Source: Chiloscyllium plagiosum
Lineage: Eukaryota
DNA: 64,000 nt
Direction of reading: 5' to 3'
Assembly (NCBI RefSeq): GCF_004010195.1
Contig: NC_057750.1
Location: 14,425,221-14,489,220 of the forward strand
Below are positions 27,901-40,082 of the stretch, one piece after another. The stretch's first letter is position 1, and each line of letters opens with the position of its first letter. Below the pieces are notes generated by a model. The model had not been told where the DNA came from. It did no database searches and was given only the letters and a program-made list of their open reading frames with translations. The translations under genes were made by a program, and so were the position numbers.

Positions 27901-29928
27901 TCTTATTCATACCTGTTATTACTGCAGATCATAATATAAGCACAGCATCAAAATCATATTCTTTATGATGACTGAAGTATTTGGTATAAAATACTTCTAG
28001 GTGGTCTGAAATAATTCAGAGCCATCTCATACTTGTTTGACAACTTCATGCTGTGTTATTAGGATGTTTGGGCTTCAAGTGACTACCAGGTGTTAGAGAT
28101 AATGTGGATGTGCAGAACAACTGCCCCAGTACAAAATATACTGACTATCCTGAAATATGCACCTCAACTCATTAGAAAGTATGAAAGTAAGTGGTAACAT
28201 TTATAGTGTGTCATTTGTGACTCTAGAACAACCTAAAGAGGACGTAAACATAGGAAGTAGGAGAAGGAATATTTGGCCCATCGAATCTGCTCCACCATTC
28301 AAGTAGATCATGACCAACCTTCTTTCTCAATGCTATCATCCTGCACTCTCCCCATATCCCTTAATGTCTTTAATATCTAGAAAGCTATTAATCCCTTTCT
28401 TGGATATACACAATGACCGAGCCTTCACTGCCCCCTAGAGCAGAGATGTCAAAATTTAATTTAATTATTGAAACTTCTCTCAGCTGTGTGGTAAGATTTG
28501 AATTTGAGTTCCCACAATTTTAGACTGTCTCTCCCTGAATGCTTCAGCTTGATGAGAGCTGGCACAAAGAAGTTTCACCTTCTCCCGTTAAGAACTCCCT
28601 TTCCTCTTTGTAAACTGCTCTTCTCTGACTAGCTGTGCACCTTTGCCACAGCAGGGGAGTGGAATTTCAGTCCCTTTGAATTTATTACATGATCAATAAT
28701 CGCTATGTTTGCAGTTGCAGCTGATCTGTATGCCACTTTAAATTACATTTAACTTTTTTTTTGTTTTTAAGTTCTTATGCAGGTTAAATGAACCATATTG
28801 AAGACATTGGAATAAAAAAGATTTTCTATGATTGTCAGAGGCTAACTAAAAAATATTTACGAGAAACCGCCTTTCAAAAAGTGCATACGTTTTGCCAAGT
28901 GAAACCTGTTGCTAGCCGATTTAACAAACAAAAAATGCTCTAAGTATAATCAAAAGCAGAAACTTGAGAGTAGCTTGAATATGTTGGCATAAAAGACAAA
29001 AAAGCAAAACAAAACCAAAATTAAAGGCATCTAGCACTGTTAGGAAATATACAGCGTTATATGTTTAATCTCCTTTAGTTTTGATTGTTGATGAACTGTC
29101 TAGCATTTTAATTCAGTAGCTTGGAGAAAGTGCAACGATTGTTTTTGTGTGTGTAACATTCAAGATTGTTTCCTACCAACTCCTCAGCAGCTGGCCAGTC
29201 TGCTATAAGAGAAAATGAAAATGTAATGTTAGGAATATTACATTGCAGATGTGCGTTCATAGCATACACATTAAAATGGAGGATTGCTCCCTGCGGCTGA
29301 ATAAAGAGGCCCAAAGTGTATCCAATATTGGATCTCTAATTCATTTTTGTTGTGCTGGGAAGTCGTAATCAGCAGGAGTCCATTTCCAGGTCACAATTTT
29401 GTAGTGGTCTATACACTTGATCATGAAGAAGCTGAGGTTTCTGGTTAACAAAGCTGTTAGTAGGTCTATCTTTTGGCCAATATTTTCAGCAGCTTGGTAA
29501 AATTATTCTGTTTTCTGAATAAGGCAGTTTTGCAACCAAATTCGTAAAATACATTGCTGCACAAAGGCATTTGTGATTGTAACTAACAACTTTAAAAAGC
29601 CATGTCGGTCATTGACTGTATGCTGATCAGAGTACTTACTCTAGCTGAAAAACATGTATAGTAAACTTATAACAAATAAGATATTCCAAGCTTCAGGTTG
29701 GCCTTGCTTTTAATGCCAAAGGAATTGCATAAGCAAAGAGAATAAATGTCAGTTATATAACTTCTGTTGTTTGTCTAGTCAGTGTATTAAGAAAGATCAA
29801 TCATACTTAACTAAGTAGCTTTTTTGTTAATGTCTGATTGTGATGTATGTTGGTGTCTCAAGTAACTTCTACAACAATTATATTGCTCAGAAAGACTTGA
29901 ATATAGAAAATTTATCCTCTTCTCTCAG

Positions 29929-30028
29929 ACATAAAATTAGCTATTACTTCATGAACGCCTATCGAAAACTGTGGCTTCGCAGAGCGTGTGAGAAATCGGA
30001 CTTTGCAAGTCTAGTGTACCTACTGATG
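29929..30028 (+). CDS. RYR1: Candidate mutually exclusive alternative to the exon-75 equivalent, (R)HKISYYFMNAYRKLWLRRACEKSDFASLVYLLM
   Basis: tcctcttctctcag| ... |gtaacg; 100 nt, phase 2-0 like 30898-30994; stop-free; H, S, F, Y, R, W in register with that exon. Confidence 0.75.
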
Positions 30029-30897
30029 GTAACGTTGACTTTGCGTGACCACCACTGACACTAAATCTTGGAGTTAGCAAGTACAAATAGTCCATTGACA
30101 AGCATGTTGTACAATTTGAGCAGTACCTGATTGGTCAGAGCAATAAGTTGGGGGTCTGAAAATACCCATCATTCCTGAACTATAATGTCAACAGTAAGCA
30201 CAAGCTAATCAGCATTCCATTGAGACAGAATTAGAGTGTGGATCATTTGAGGAATGTGGAGAATTGACCAAAGCTTATCAGATGAAGTTTCACCAAACAA
30301 AAGAAGGAGGCTTAGCTAAATCTGGAAGGAATGATTTTTCAAAAAAAAAATCACTAAATAAATGGAGACTCTAAACGGAATCCAATTGGTCACAGTGAAC
30401 TATAACCTGACAACAAAATACAGATCTGATGTGTTTTTATCAATAGTAACATATTCCAGCCTTGAAATTGCACATTGAATATTGACAAGCTTTAATGCCA
30501 CCTTTAAAGTGACTATAGGAATGATTTCATGTGAATGCATATAGTTATATTCAGATAGTGTAATTTCAAGGTCAACTCTATAAATGTGGCAATTTGCCTA
30601 CATAATAAAAATGACCAGATTTTTAAAATTGCATGCATAACCTACTTAATTTTTATATAATTGGTACCTCCTAGCAGATATAGTCATCTGTTGTGGAGAA
30701 ATGCTGATATATAAAGACAAGTAGGTTAACATAATAACATTTTGGTCTTTATTTACCAATTCCCATGTTTTTCTGACCTATCAGGTAAGCAAACTGGTAC
30801 AATTGCATCTCTAACAGTTGTGTGATAAGATAGTGTAACCACTAAAGTCATGTCTTTATTCCCAACCCCTCCTATTTTCACTCTTGCCCTTCCTCAG

Positions 30898-30994
30898 GCA
30901 CCGCGCATCTAACCTCTTCATCGAAAGTTATAGAAATTCCTGGATTGACACCGAGGAGCATTCGTTTGAAGATAAACTAATAGATGATCTGGCT
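30898..30994 (+). CDS. RYR1: RyR1 coding exon (equiv. exon 75), (R)[32 protein letters not shown]
   Basis: ccttcctcag| ... |gtaagt, 97 nt, phase 2-0; inside ORF 30884..31159. Confidence 0.96.
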
Positions 30995-32959
30995 GTAAGT
31001 ACTGGTTTCTGTGAGCGGGCGTGCAGCCGTGCTGTACCAGTACGTACAACCCTGTTTCTGTACCATATGCTATCGTTTGTATTTTTGCGTCAAATCTGTG
31101 GCACAGTTATGCCTTGTCTCCTGTCAATCTTGTGTTGCATGACTGGAAACTGGAAATAGCTGAGTCCATGGAATGAGGTTTTTCATATGAAGGAGCTTCA
31201 ATAAAGACTGCATTTCAGCTGGGAATTCTTTCACAGCAAAGCCCATAAGTAATTATTCTTTTATCTCCTTGACTGTTCTTCTCATGCTTGGTGTTCTGCC
31301 AACAGAGTCTATATGACATCTGAGACCTGTTATACCGGAACTAGAATTATGTACACCAGATTCAGTGAATCTGGATTAATACCAAAAGAGATCAAAGAAT
31401 TAATGTAACCTGAATGAATATGATGGATTGATTCAGGCTGGATAAAAGCAATGCTTTGGCTAATGATTTAGATAAATTGCAAAGAATATTTATTTGCACA
31501 ATTCAGTAATTGGTACACAGTAAATTAGTTGGTATCTTTCAATCTGCATATGCTGTACAAATATAGACCCAAACTCTCCTAAACAAAGTAATCTTTAGTT
31601 TACAAAAACATTATTCATTTCTCCTTGGATAATAATCAAATTTTGGAGCATTATATAACTTTTGCATCTGCACAATTAAGTGTTTTGTGCCTAAAAGACT
31701 ACATAATTCTGTAATTATGTATAGCCTTCAGCTTTGCTAAATGGTTCATGCCAATCACATGACCGTGTACTGACCAAGGGATAATCATTGAATCATCTCA
31801 AAAATAATTCTGCAAGGCAACCATTTGAACTTTTATTCATTTTTTTTCACTCTTCTGAATGTAGCTATCTAAATTTCTGATTACTTTTGGTGCGTTTGCC
31901 ATCCAATTTTATTTTGACACATATGGCCAACTTCTGAATTTCAAATTCCCAGATTGACACAGGGAGCAATGTTTTAATGATAAACAACCAGCTTTAAGAG
32001 GTGTTTTCTCTGTGCTGCCCTCTAGCTATGCATACCAGTATGTGCATCCTGCCTTGTGTGACACAAATCCTTACTCTTTCCCCCAATTGTCAGACTTAAC
32101 ATGATGCTGCTTATTTGATTTGTTCAGCATCTCTGACCTACGTAGATCAGGTCTTCTCCCTTTTGTAAGCAAGACCATATGCTAAGGTCTTGGGCACTTT
32201 ATGTCTGTTCTTCTTTATCAGAATTGCTCGTCCCTCACAAAATAGCAGACACAGGGTAAGAAAACAAACAGAGGGACGTGCACAAATGATATTGCTCATA
32301 AGCAATGTCCCAGAGAATTAATAATAATTAGTCCACTTTATTGTGATAGTTTTGCTTCATAAACCATTTGTCACACTGTGTAAACCAATGTGATAAACTA
32401 ATTTCAGTGTCATAGCCCACTTATGAATGCTATGTTGTTGGTTTATGTGCTAGGGATTTTTTGATGAATAGCTTCACCAGTACAATCCAAAGTGTATCTT
32501 TGGAACCCTTAGTCACTGAAAGGTCTTGCAAATGTCCTCAAAAAACTCACTTTCCAGGTATCATGCCCAGAAAGAGCATTGGGGCCCCTGGATTTCTGTG
32601 TTAGTCCATGGTAATGCCTGACAAAGTACTGCACTGGTTCACAGTTGCCTTCCAAAAATGGCTGGCTAGAAGTCTCTCATTCTCGCAACCTGCTATTAAC
32701 ATATGTTGGAAGCATTTACACCTTGACTTACACATTCCTTAAGTTTCAAACCCTGGAGTGGGACTTGAACAGGTACTTCTGGTGCAGAGGTAGGGCCACT
32801 ACCAGTAGTGCCATAGGTCCTCCCCAGGAGTCTACTTGGCTCCAAAGATGGGCTCCTTATGGGCCCTTACCAAACCAAGACTTTTTCAAGGCAACGTGAC
32901 ATTTTTTGTAGTATATGTAGTATTCACAACCCAGAAGCAGGGTTTACACTCTGCACTGG

Positions 32960-33575
32960 GCGAAAGTGAGGACTGCAGATGCAGGAGTTTGGAGTCAAGC
33001 TTAGAGTGGTGCTGGAAAAGCAGCAGGTCAGGCAACATCCAAGGAGCAGGAAAATCGACGTTTCGGGCAGGCGCCCTACATCAGGAATGATGCTGGAAGC
33101 CTCGAGAGTAGAGAGATAAATGGGAGGGGGTAGGGCTGTGGAGAAGGTAGTTGAGATGCAATAGGTGGATGGAGGAAGGGGTAAAAGTGATAGGTTGGAG
33201 AGGAGAGTGGAGCGGATAGGTGGGAAAGAAGATTGACAGGTGGGACAGGTCATGAGAATGGTACTGTGCGGGAAGTTTGGAACTGGGGTAAGGTGGGGGG
33301 ATAAACAATGACTGCAGATGCTGGCAACCAGAGTTTAGATTAGAGTGGTGCTGGAAAAGCACAGCAGTTCAGGCAGCATCCGAGGAGCAGTAAAATCGAC
33401 GTTTCGGGCAAAAGCCCTTCATTCCTGATGAAGGACTTTTGCCCGAAACGTCAATTTTACTGCTCCTCGGATGCTGCCTGAACTGCTGTGCTTTTCCAGC
33501 ACCACACTAATCTAAACTAAGGTGGAGGGAGGGGACTCGAGGAAACTGGTGAAGTCCACATTGATGCCCTTGGGT
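32960..33575 (-). mobile_element. Penelope-like terminal fragment with a nested palindromic copy (33301-33517)
   Basis: Same terminal repeat as 24730; nested arms 33333-33422 / 33428-33517; flanks taaggtgg(g/a)ggga duplicated. Confidence 0.8.
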
Positions 33576-33644
33576 CTTTGTCTTACTGTAACCCCCAGGT
33601 CGTCTCCTTTGCCCTGAAGTTCGTCAACCATGTTCCTTCAACCC

Positions 33645-33788
33645 CAGGTGAATTGGCCACGTTAAACTGCCTATAGAGTTAGGTGCAATAGTCGGAGGAA
33701 AATGGGTCTAGGTGGGTTACTCTTCAGAGGACTTGGTGGGCCAAAGGGCCTGTTTTCCACACTGTAGGGAATCTAATCTAATCTAATC
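33645..33788 (+). mobile_element. 3' half of HE1-like SINE
   Basis: aggtgaattggccacgttaaactgcc...gggcctgttttccacactgtaggg(aatct)n matches 6090-6265. Confidence 0.7.
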
Positions 33789-35489
33789 TTATTGTGTAAA
33801 GGGCAGCCTGAAACCCAAATGGACACTGGTGACTTTGGATATTTCTGAGGAGAACACCACTTAACATCAGAGTCCGAGTCACAGGGAGTAAAAATGAACT
33901 GTACCAGAAGCAAAGCAGGCTTGAAGTAAATCCTCAGCCGGTGTGTTCTCCACTGAAGTTCACAGAACTGTTGACCCTTTTACTTAGCTAGAAATTAAAA
34001 TTTTCGTGGAACTTTCAAAGTTAATGGGAAAAAATGTTGTCAATTCAATTTGAGCCTGCTTTGTGCTACTGCCATCTGTCGACCATTTTGACTCCCATTT
34101 GCATTTTATATGCGCTATAAGTTCAGCATTAGTGTATAAGTGAGCAGCTTTATGCGACCATAAAACTTGTGGCAAAGAAGTGCGAATTCTTTACTCATCA
34201 GGAAATAGGGTTTCCGTTTTCCATATTTTTCATTAGTTCCTTTTTCTCTCTGTTTGAAACTTGGTATGAGAAAGCCTCTGTTTCTTCTGTCCTCTAAACC
34301 TAAAACTTATTCTTAACGAAATTGGCTAGCCCTGGTCACCTATTGGATAACAATCAGCAGTAATTCTGTAGCAATGTAATATTGATTGTAGTTGCTAATA
34401 AACCCATAATCAAACAGTTGGTTTGCAGCACAGGTTGAAACCAACTAAAACAGCATTTATCTGCATAATGCATCTGTCGTGTTCTAAGTTCAAACAAATG
34501 AACGGTTAAAGCCTTCAAAAATTGTATGCACGCAACAGTCTGGTGTACGGAATTTTGCCAAATTATATCATTTTCCAACTTAAACTTTGACACCTAGCAA
34601 AGGGAGACATCATATGCTACCATCCCAGTAAGTGTTGTTTCAGCTCAGCCAATGCCAGGAAGGGAAGTAGCAATGGTAGTATTTAGGTGAGTGTTCAGAC
34701 TGTTAACGGGGTAAGCTGTCATGCTGCTGCAACCACTTGGTTCTGGATGACCAGGCCTTTCTCCTACTCTTACTACCTGCCAAATCAGGAGGGTTTACAA
34801 ATTGACAGTAAATCTGTTTGGCTTTGTTATGACACACCTTTGATGGTCATGAAGTACTGAGTCATCAGTTGAAGGCGGAGGCTCTGGGCCAGAGGTAGAG
34901 ACACTACCTACTATGCTTCAAGATTTCCCTGACTTCTCGAAGCAGACAAAATAAGTAGGCTTCTTGTTAAATTGACTTATCTGTACTTGAACCATGCAGC
35001 AAAATAATGGCATCTCATTGCTGTTATGTAGTAGGCATAAATTTGAAAGAGTCAGCTGTTAACAAGAGGTGTGATGGGCAGAATTCAATGCCCTCTCTTG
35101 TGATAGATTTGTTTGTGGGGATATTTTAATCAGGTGGGAGTGTGGCAGGTAGAGACCCCACCCCTCCGGCCAAACCTTGCCACCACCATCTCCTTTCCAC
35201 ACTCAGTCTGCTTCCCCTTCCCTGCAGTTTCCATCTCACCATCATTCACTTCTGGCCTGAACCAGTGATGATTCCAGACTTTGGGTTAGCGTAGCACCAA
35301 GGACAGCTACTGCCGTCCTGGAGGCACTGCTGTTCAATAGACCTCTGGCCTCTTTCGTTGGTACTTTGATCCTGAGGAAGGCTTGCTGCTATCTAGTTAA
35401 GTTCTGATTGGCATCTGATACAACCAGCAAGACCCCTCAACTGACTTCCCTGCCAATAACCTCCATTAAATACAGCCCATAAAGTGACT

Positions 35490-36450
35490 ATGACATAAAA
35501 GGAGACCATTTGATCCATGAAGTCCATGCTAGCTCTTGAGCATGATCTAATCAGTCTATATTCACCACATCTTGTCCTTAGCCCTGCAAGTTTATTTCCT
35601 TCACATGTTTATCCAATTGCCATTAAATCATTGCTCATCTTTGCTTCCACTGCATTACTAGACAATGATTTCCAGGCCGTTACCACTTACTGCATAAGTA
35701 AAGTCCTTCACATTCCTACCTATACCTCTTCTCCAAAACTTTAAATCTGTGTCCCCCTGTCATGGTACCATCAAATTAAGAGCTCAGCTATGTCTACCTT
35801 ATCTAAGCCTGCCATTTATATCTCTATTAAATCTCCCCTCATCCTGCAATGCTCCAAGGAAATCAGTCCCAAGTTCTCCATCCCAGCCTTCTAACTGAAA
35901 TTGTTTATCCTTAAAGCATTGTGGTAAATTTTAACTCCTCCCTTTCTTGGAGCTTCACATCCTTCCCAAAGAGTCGGACAGAAATGTACACAGTACTGTA
36001 GTCGTGGCCTACTCAGAGATTTATGCTGATTCAGCATAACTTCCATGCTTTTGTACTCAATACCTCTATTTATGAAACATAAGATCCCATATATTTTGAT
36101 AACTGCTCTCTCAGTATGTCATCTTAACTTCAAAACTCTACATCACATCTCCAGTTCCTTCTTTTCTGGCATACTCTTAGGAATTGTGACAGTAAATATA
36201 TGTTGCCTTTTTGTATTCCTTCAGCCAAAATATCAAACCTTAAACCTCTCTACATTACATTCCACCATTCTATTAGCACAACAGTGTTCAATTGCAAGCA
36301 TTATCATTCTCTTTGTTTGTCACACCTCAAGGTTCAGTATAACTGGCAAATTTTGAAACGTTATAGTCTAATATGTAAGTTATTATTTTAAAAAAAGCAA
36401 TATGCCTCATACTGAATCTTGGAAACACCACTGACTTCAAACCTCAAATC
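35490..36450 (-). mobile_element. Decayed CR1-type LINE 3' region
   Basis: Same succession of motifs as 22240-23100; no open frame. Confidence 0.55.
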
Positions 36451-37107
36451 CTAACATTTGCCATAAAGTGCAACAAGTTTAACCTTAAACATCATTGTTC
36501 CTCTAACCCTTTTCTCATAGTTACTTCTCGCTACACATCTTTGATAATATAGTTTAATATAAATGAGGGTAATGAATTGGGTGTACCAACATAAGATCAG
36601 GTATTGACATAATGCAATACATGACAAAATGCTTTGATATTTTTCTAAATGTAAGACGCAATGTTGAGATTTATGTTTGTGTGGATGCAAAGTAATCAAT
36701 AGTTGTAAAAATTCTCTGCAAATTCAAGGTCCTAGAATTTTATTCCAACATGCAACAATCCATTTGAAGCAATGCAAAAGCTGTATTATATACTGAACAA
36801 GTACTGCTTCATTATTACATTCCCTGGGCTCTGCACAAGCAAGCTTGAGTGCACAATCTGTATGCTGATATTGACTCAGCATATGTTCTGTGTTCGCTTC
36901 AGTGCATTCAGATTCTGTTATAATTAAATTAATTCATCATTGCTCTAATTTTCATTGTTTGTCTTCTCATTGTAAAACTGATAAGAAATAATCATCAGTT
37001 TGATGCTTTTGTAGCTGATTTGATTATTCAGGCTGCCTTATAGTTGCTTTTCTTGTACACTAAAGTCTGCAATGGGGTCATTTTTGTACCATTGTCTTGC
37101 TATCAAT

Positions 37108-37609
37108 CATGTGGAGGTGCTGGTGTTGGACTGGGGTGGACAAAGTCACAAATCACAGGACATTGAGTAATAGTCCAACAGGGTTTATTTGAAACCACAA
37201 GCTTTTGGAGACCCGCTCCTTCCTCAGGAAGCTGGTGAGAGAGAATGCATTGGACACACAATTCCTATTTTTGAAACATGGCCTCACACCTAAAATGCAT
37301 TGTCTGACCTGAGGTGTCACCTTTATTCTGATAAAACCTGAAGTTATCTTGGGGCAGGGATCTACATATTAATCAATCGAAACCTGCATCTCTATTCTAA
37401 CTGATTAAATACTATTAAAGACTTAATAACTAGCTAGTTTGTTCAATGCATTCCCATAAGTTGTATGACCCTTTGATCTTTTACTATAAATTCTGTGTCC
37501 GATATGTTCTCTTTTATAAGCTGCCTGAGGAAGAAGCAGGGGCTTTGAAAGCTTGTAGTTTCAAATAAACCTGTTGGACTATAAACCAGATGTTGTGTGA
37601 TTTTTGACT
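37108..37609. mobile_element. Second Penelope-like family fragment with inverted terminal repeats
   Basis: tagtccaacagggtttatttgaaaccacaagc ... gcttgtagtttcaaataaacctgttggacta; core cCTGAGGA...GAAAGCTT; flanks ttgctatc duplicated (37097-37104, 37610-37617). Confidence 0.65.
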
Positions 37610-38430
37610 TTGCTATCTATTTACAGTGATACTGATGCAAACGAAAGGCACTAAAGCAACATAATCCAAGTAGACTAAGATATGCAGTGTGGCTGGGCAT
37701 AAAAAAAAGCCAATATAAATATAACTAGTTGTGGAAAATATATACAAAAGTGTTAATGCAGATCATATATTTGTAATAAGTTCATTTTTGTGCATGAAAA
37801 TTATTTTACAACAAAATTTGCATTGTAAAGTCAAAAAGCTGAATGTTCTGTATGAAAAAGCAGAACATTAAATGAGAATTTCAGAGAATGACAACAGGTC
37901 AATAATGTGTTTCCTCACACTACCTCGAGTTCTTTTGCAACTTATTTTAAATCTGTCCACCCTGCTTTAAGCCTTTTACCATTAGGAGAATCAAAAAATC
38001 TCTTTGCAGACTCTGTCAAGCCTATTCAAGAGTTGATCATCTCTATCAAATCTCCTTGTAACTTCTCAGCCCTGAGGAGGACAAATCTGTATTTCTCTAG
38101 TCTGTTATCCTAACAGAGGTCCCCCACACTTGGTGCTGTTTCAGTAAGTCTGTCCTGCAACTGACCAAGCAATTGAAATTTTCCTAAAGTGTGGGATACA
38201 GAAGCCCAATTAAATCTGACAAATAGTTTATGAAGGCTTAGCATAATCTCTTTCATTTTGTACTCTCTTGCTCTATCAGTAAGAATCACGGGATGTCTTT
38301 AACAACCTTCAAGACAAACTAAATTAGGGAAAACTGAGGAATAGGTCCTGTTATTACCTGTAATAGTCCTGTGCTGCTGTTCCTGACAAAAAAAATATGC
38401 AACAGCTGAAAAAATACTCATACGTAGACA

Positions 38431-38938
38431 ATGTGGATTGAATCTTGAAAGGGTTCAGAAAAGATTTACAAGGATGTTGCCAGGATTGGAAGATTTGAGC
38501 TATAGGGAGAGGTTAAATAGGCCGAGGCTGTTTTACCTGGAGCATCAGTGGCTGAGGGGTGACCTTATAGAGGTTTATATCATCATGAGGGGCATGGATA
38601 GGATAAATAGACAAAGTCTTTTCCCTGGGATGGGGGAGTCCAGAACTAGAGTTCATAAGTTTAGGCTGAGAGGGGAAAGATATGAAAGAGACCTAAGGGG
38701 CAACTTTTTCACACAGAGGGTGGTGTGTGTATGGAATGAGCTGCCAGAGGAAGTGGTGGAGGCTGGTACAATTGCAACATTTAAGAGGCATTTGGATGGG
38801 TATATGAATAGGAACGGTTTGAAGGGATATGGGCCAGGTGCTGGCAGGTGGGACTAGATTGGGTTGGGATATCTGGTCGGCATGGCTGAGTTGGACCAAA
38901 GGCTCAGTTTCTATGCTGTACATCTCTATGACTCTATG
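38431..38938 (+). mobile_element. Young 5'-truncated CR1-type LINE 3' end
   Basis: ORF 38438..38857 LERVQKRFTRMLPGL...FFTQRVV..WN; tail (actctatg)n; very similar to 54467-55001. Confidence 0.92.
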
Positions 38939-39975
38939 AATGAGGCTTTAAGCTGAGGTACCATTTTCTTGACCTGTTGAATTTATACACATCTGACCTC
39001 AAAATGGTTAAGGTGATTGTTCCACTTCCCGACATGGTTGGTAACCTAATGAGTGCATGACTTACCCAAAGAAGATTCTACCCGATTTATATTCTTTTGA
39101 TTTCAGTGGACTGTGAATTGGATGGAATCTGTGACGGTTGGATAATCTGATTTGCTGATTTCAATCCTGGTGGTGAAAGTAACAACTTATCCCATTGTCT
39201 GTATGATTATCAGAAATCCACTCAGAATGGTCTACCAAATCCCAACCCTATACACTATCAATCGTCAGATAATATGTTAGGATACCAAGGAATACTGCTT
39301 TTTCCCATTTGTCTTCATAATTTGACATAGGTCAGAAACAGGGACAGCTCATCAATGGAGGTTTTATCTTATCTTTAAAATAATTAAAAGTGAACCTACT
39401 TTTAATATATTGTCTAAGGAAACAATTCTATTAGAAAAGGATCCAGCAGTACTACAGGTGAGGCTTCAATGAAGAGGAGTTGAAGACCAGAGGCATGAAA
39501 GATGCTCAAAGTAAACGGACTTTGTTTTTAAATAATCAAAGTTCTTGTGATGATTTTATAAAATCTTCTGCAAGGTGTTGCTTTCTAATGTGAGTTTCTC
39601 ACTGTTAAAACTAATAATGAAATGAAACTAATACTGGATTAACTATGGTGCACGTGCACAGAATCACTAATACAAGATATATGTTGGCCTGAACAGAAAT
39701 AAATCAGTGTGTGTTCCTTGTGCAAATGATTGTGATTTGTGTGAGATTGAACATGGAAGTTATGTTAGTAAATAGAGATTTTAAAAAATGAAGTTCTTCA
39801 AACACTGATGAAACAAATGATGTAAAGTATTATTAAAATGTTGGGTTTTAATGCAAGATTGCTTTGCACAATGTTGCATATATAAATGTGTATGTAGCAA
39901 CACATTGGAACCCAGTAAAGTTTGTTCAGGTCTTTATTAAAGTTACACTGTTCATTGTGGTTGATGCACGAATAG

Positions 39976-40082
39976 AAATCAGGTGAAGAGGAAGAGGAGG
40001 AGGAAGAAACAGAGGAGACAAAACCTGATCCACTCCATCAGTTGATTCTACACTTTAGCCGTACTGCTCTGACTGAGAAAAG
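39976..40082 (+). CDS. RYR1: RyR1 coding exon (equiv. exon 76), [35 protein letters not shown](S)
   Basis: gaatag| ... |gtaggg, 107 nt. Confidence 0.95.
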
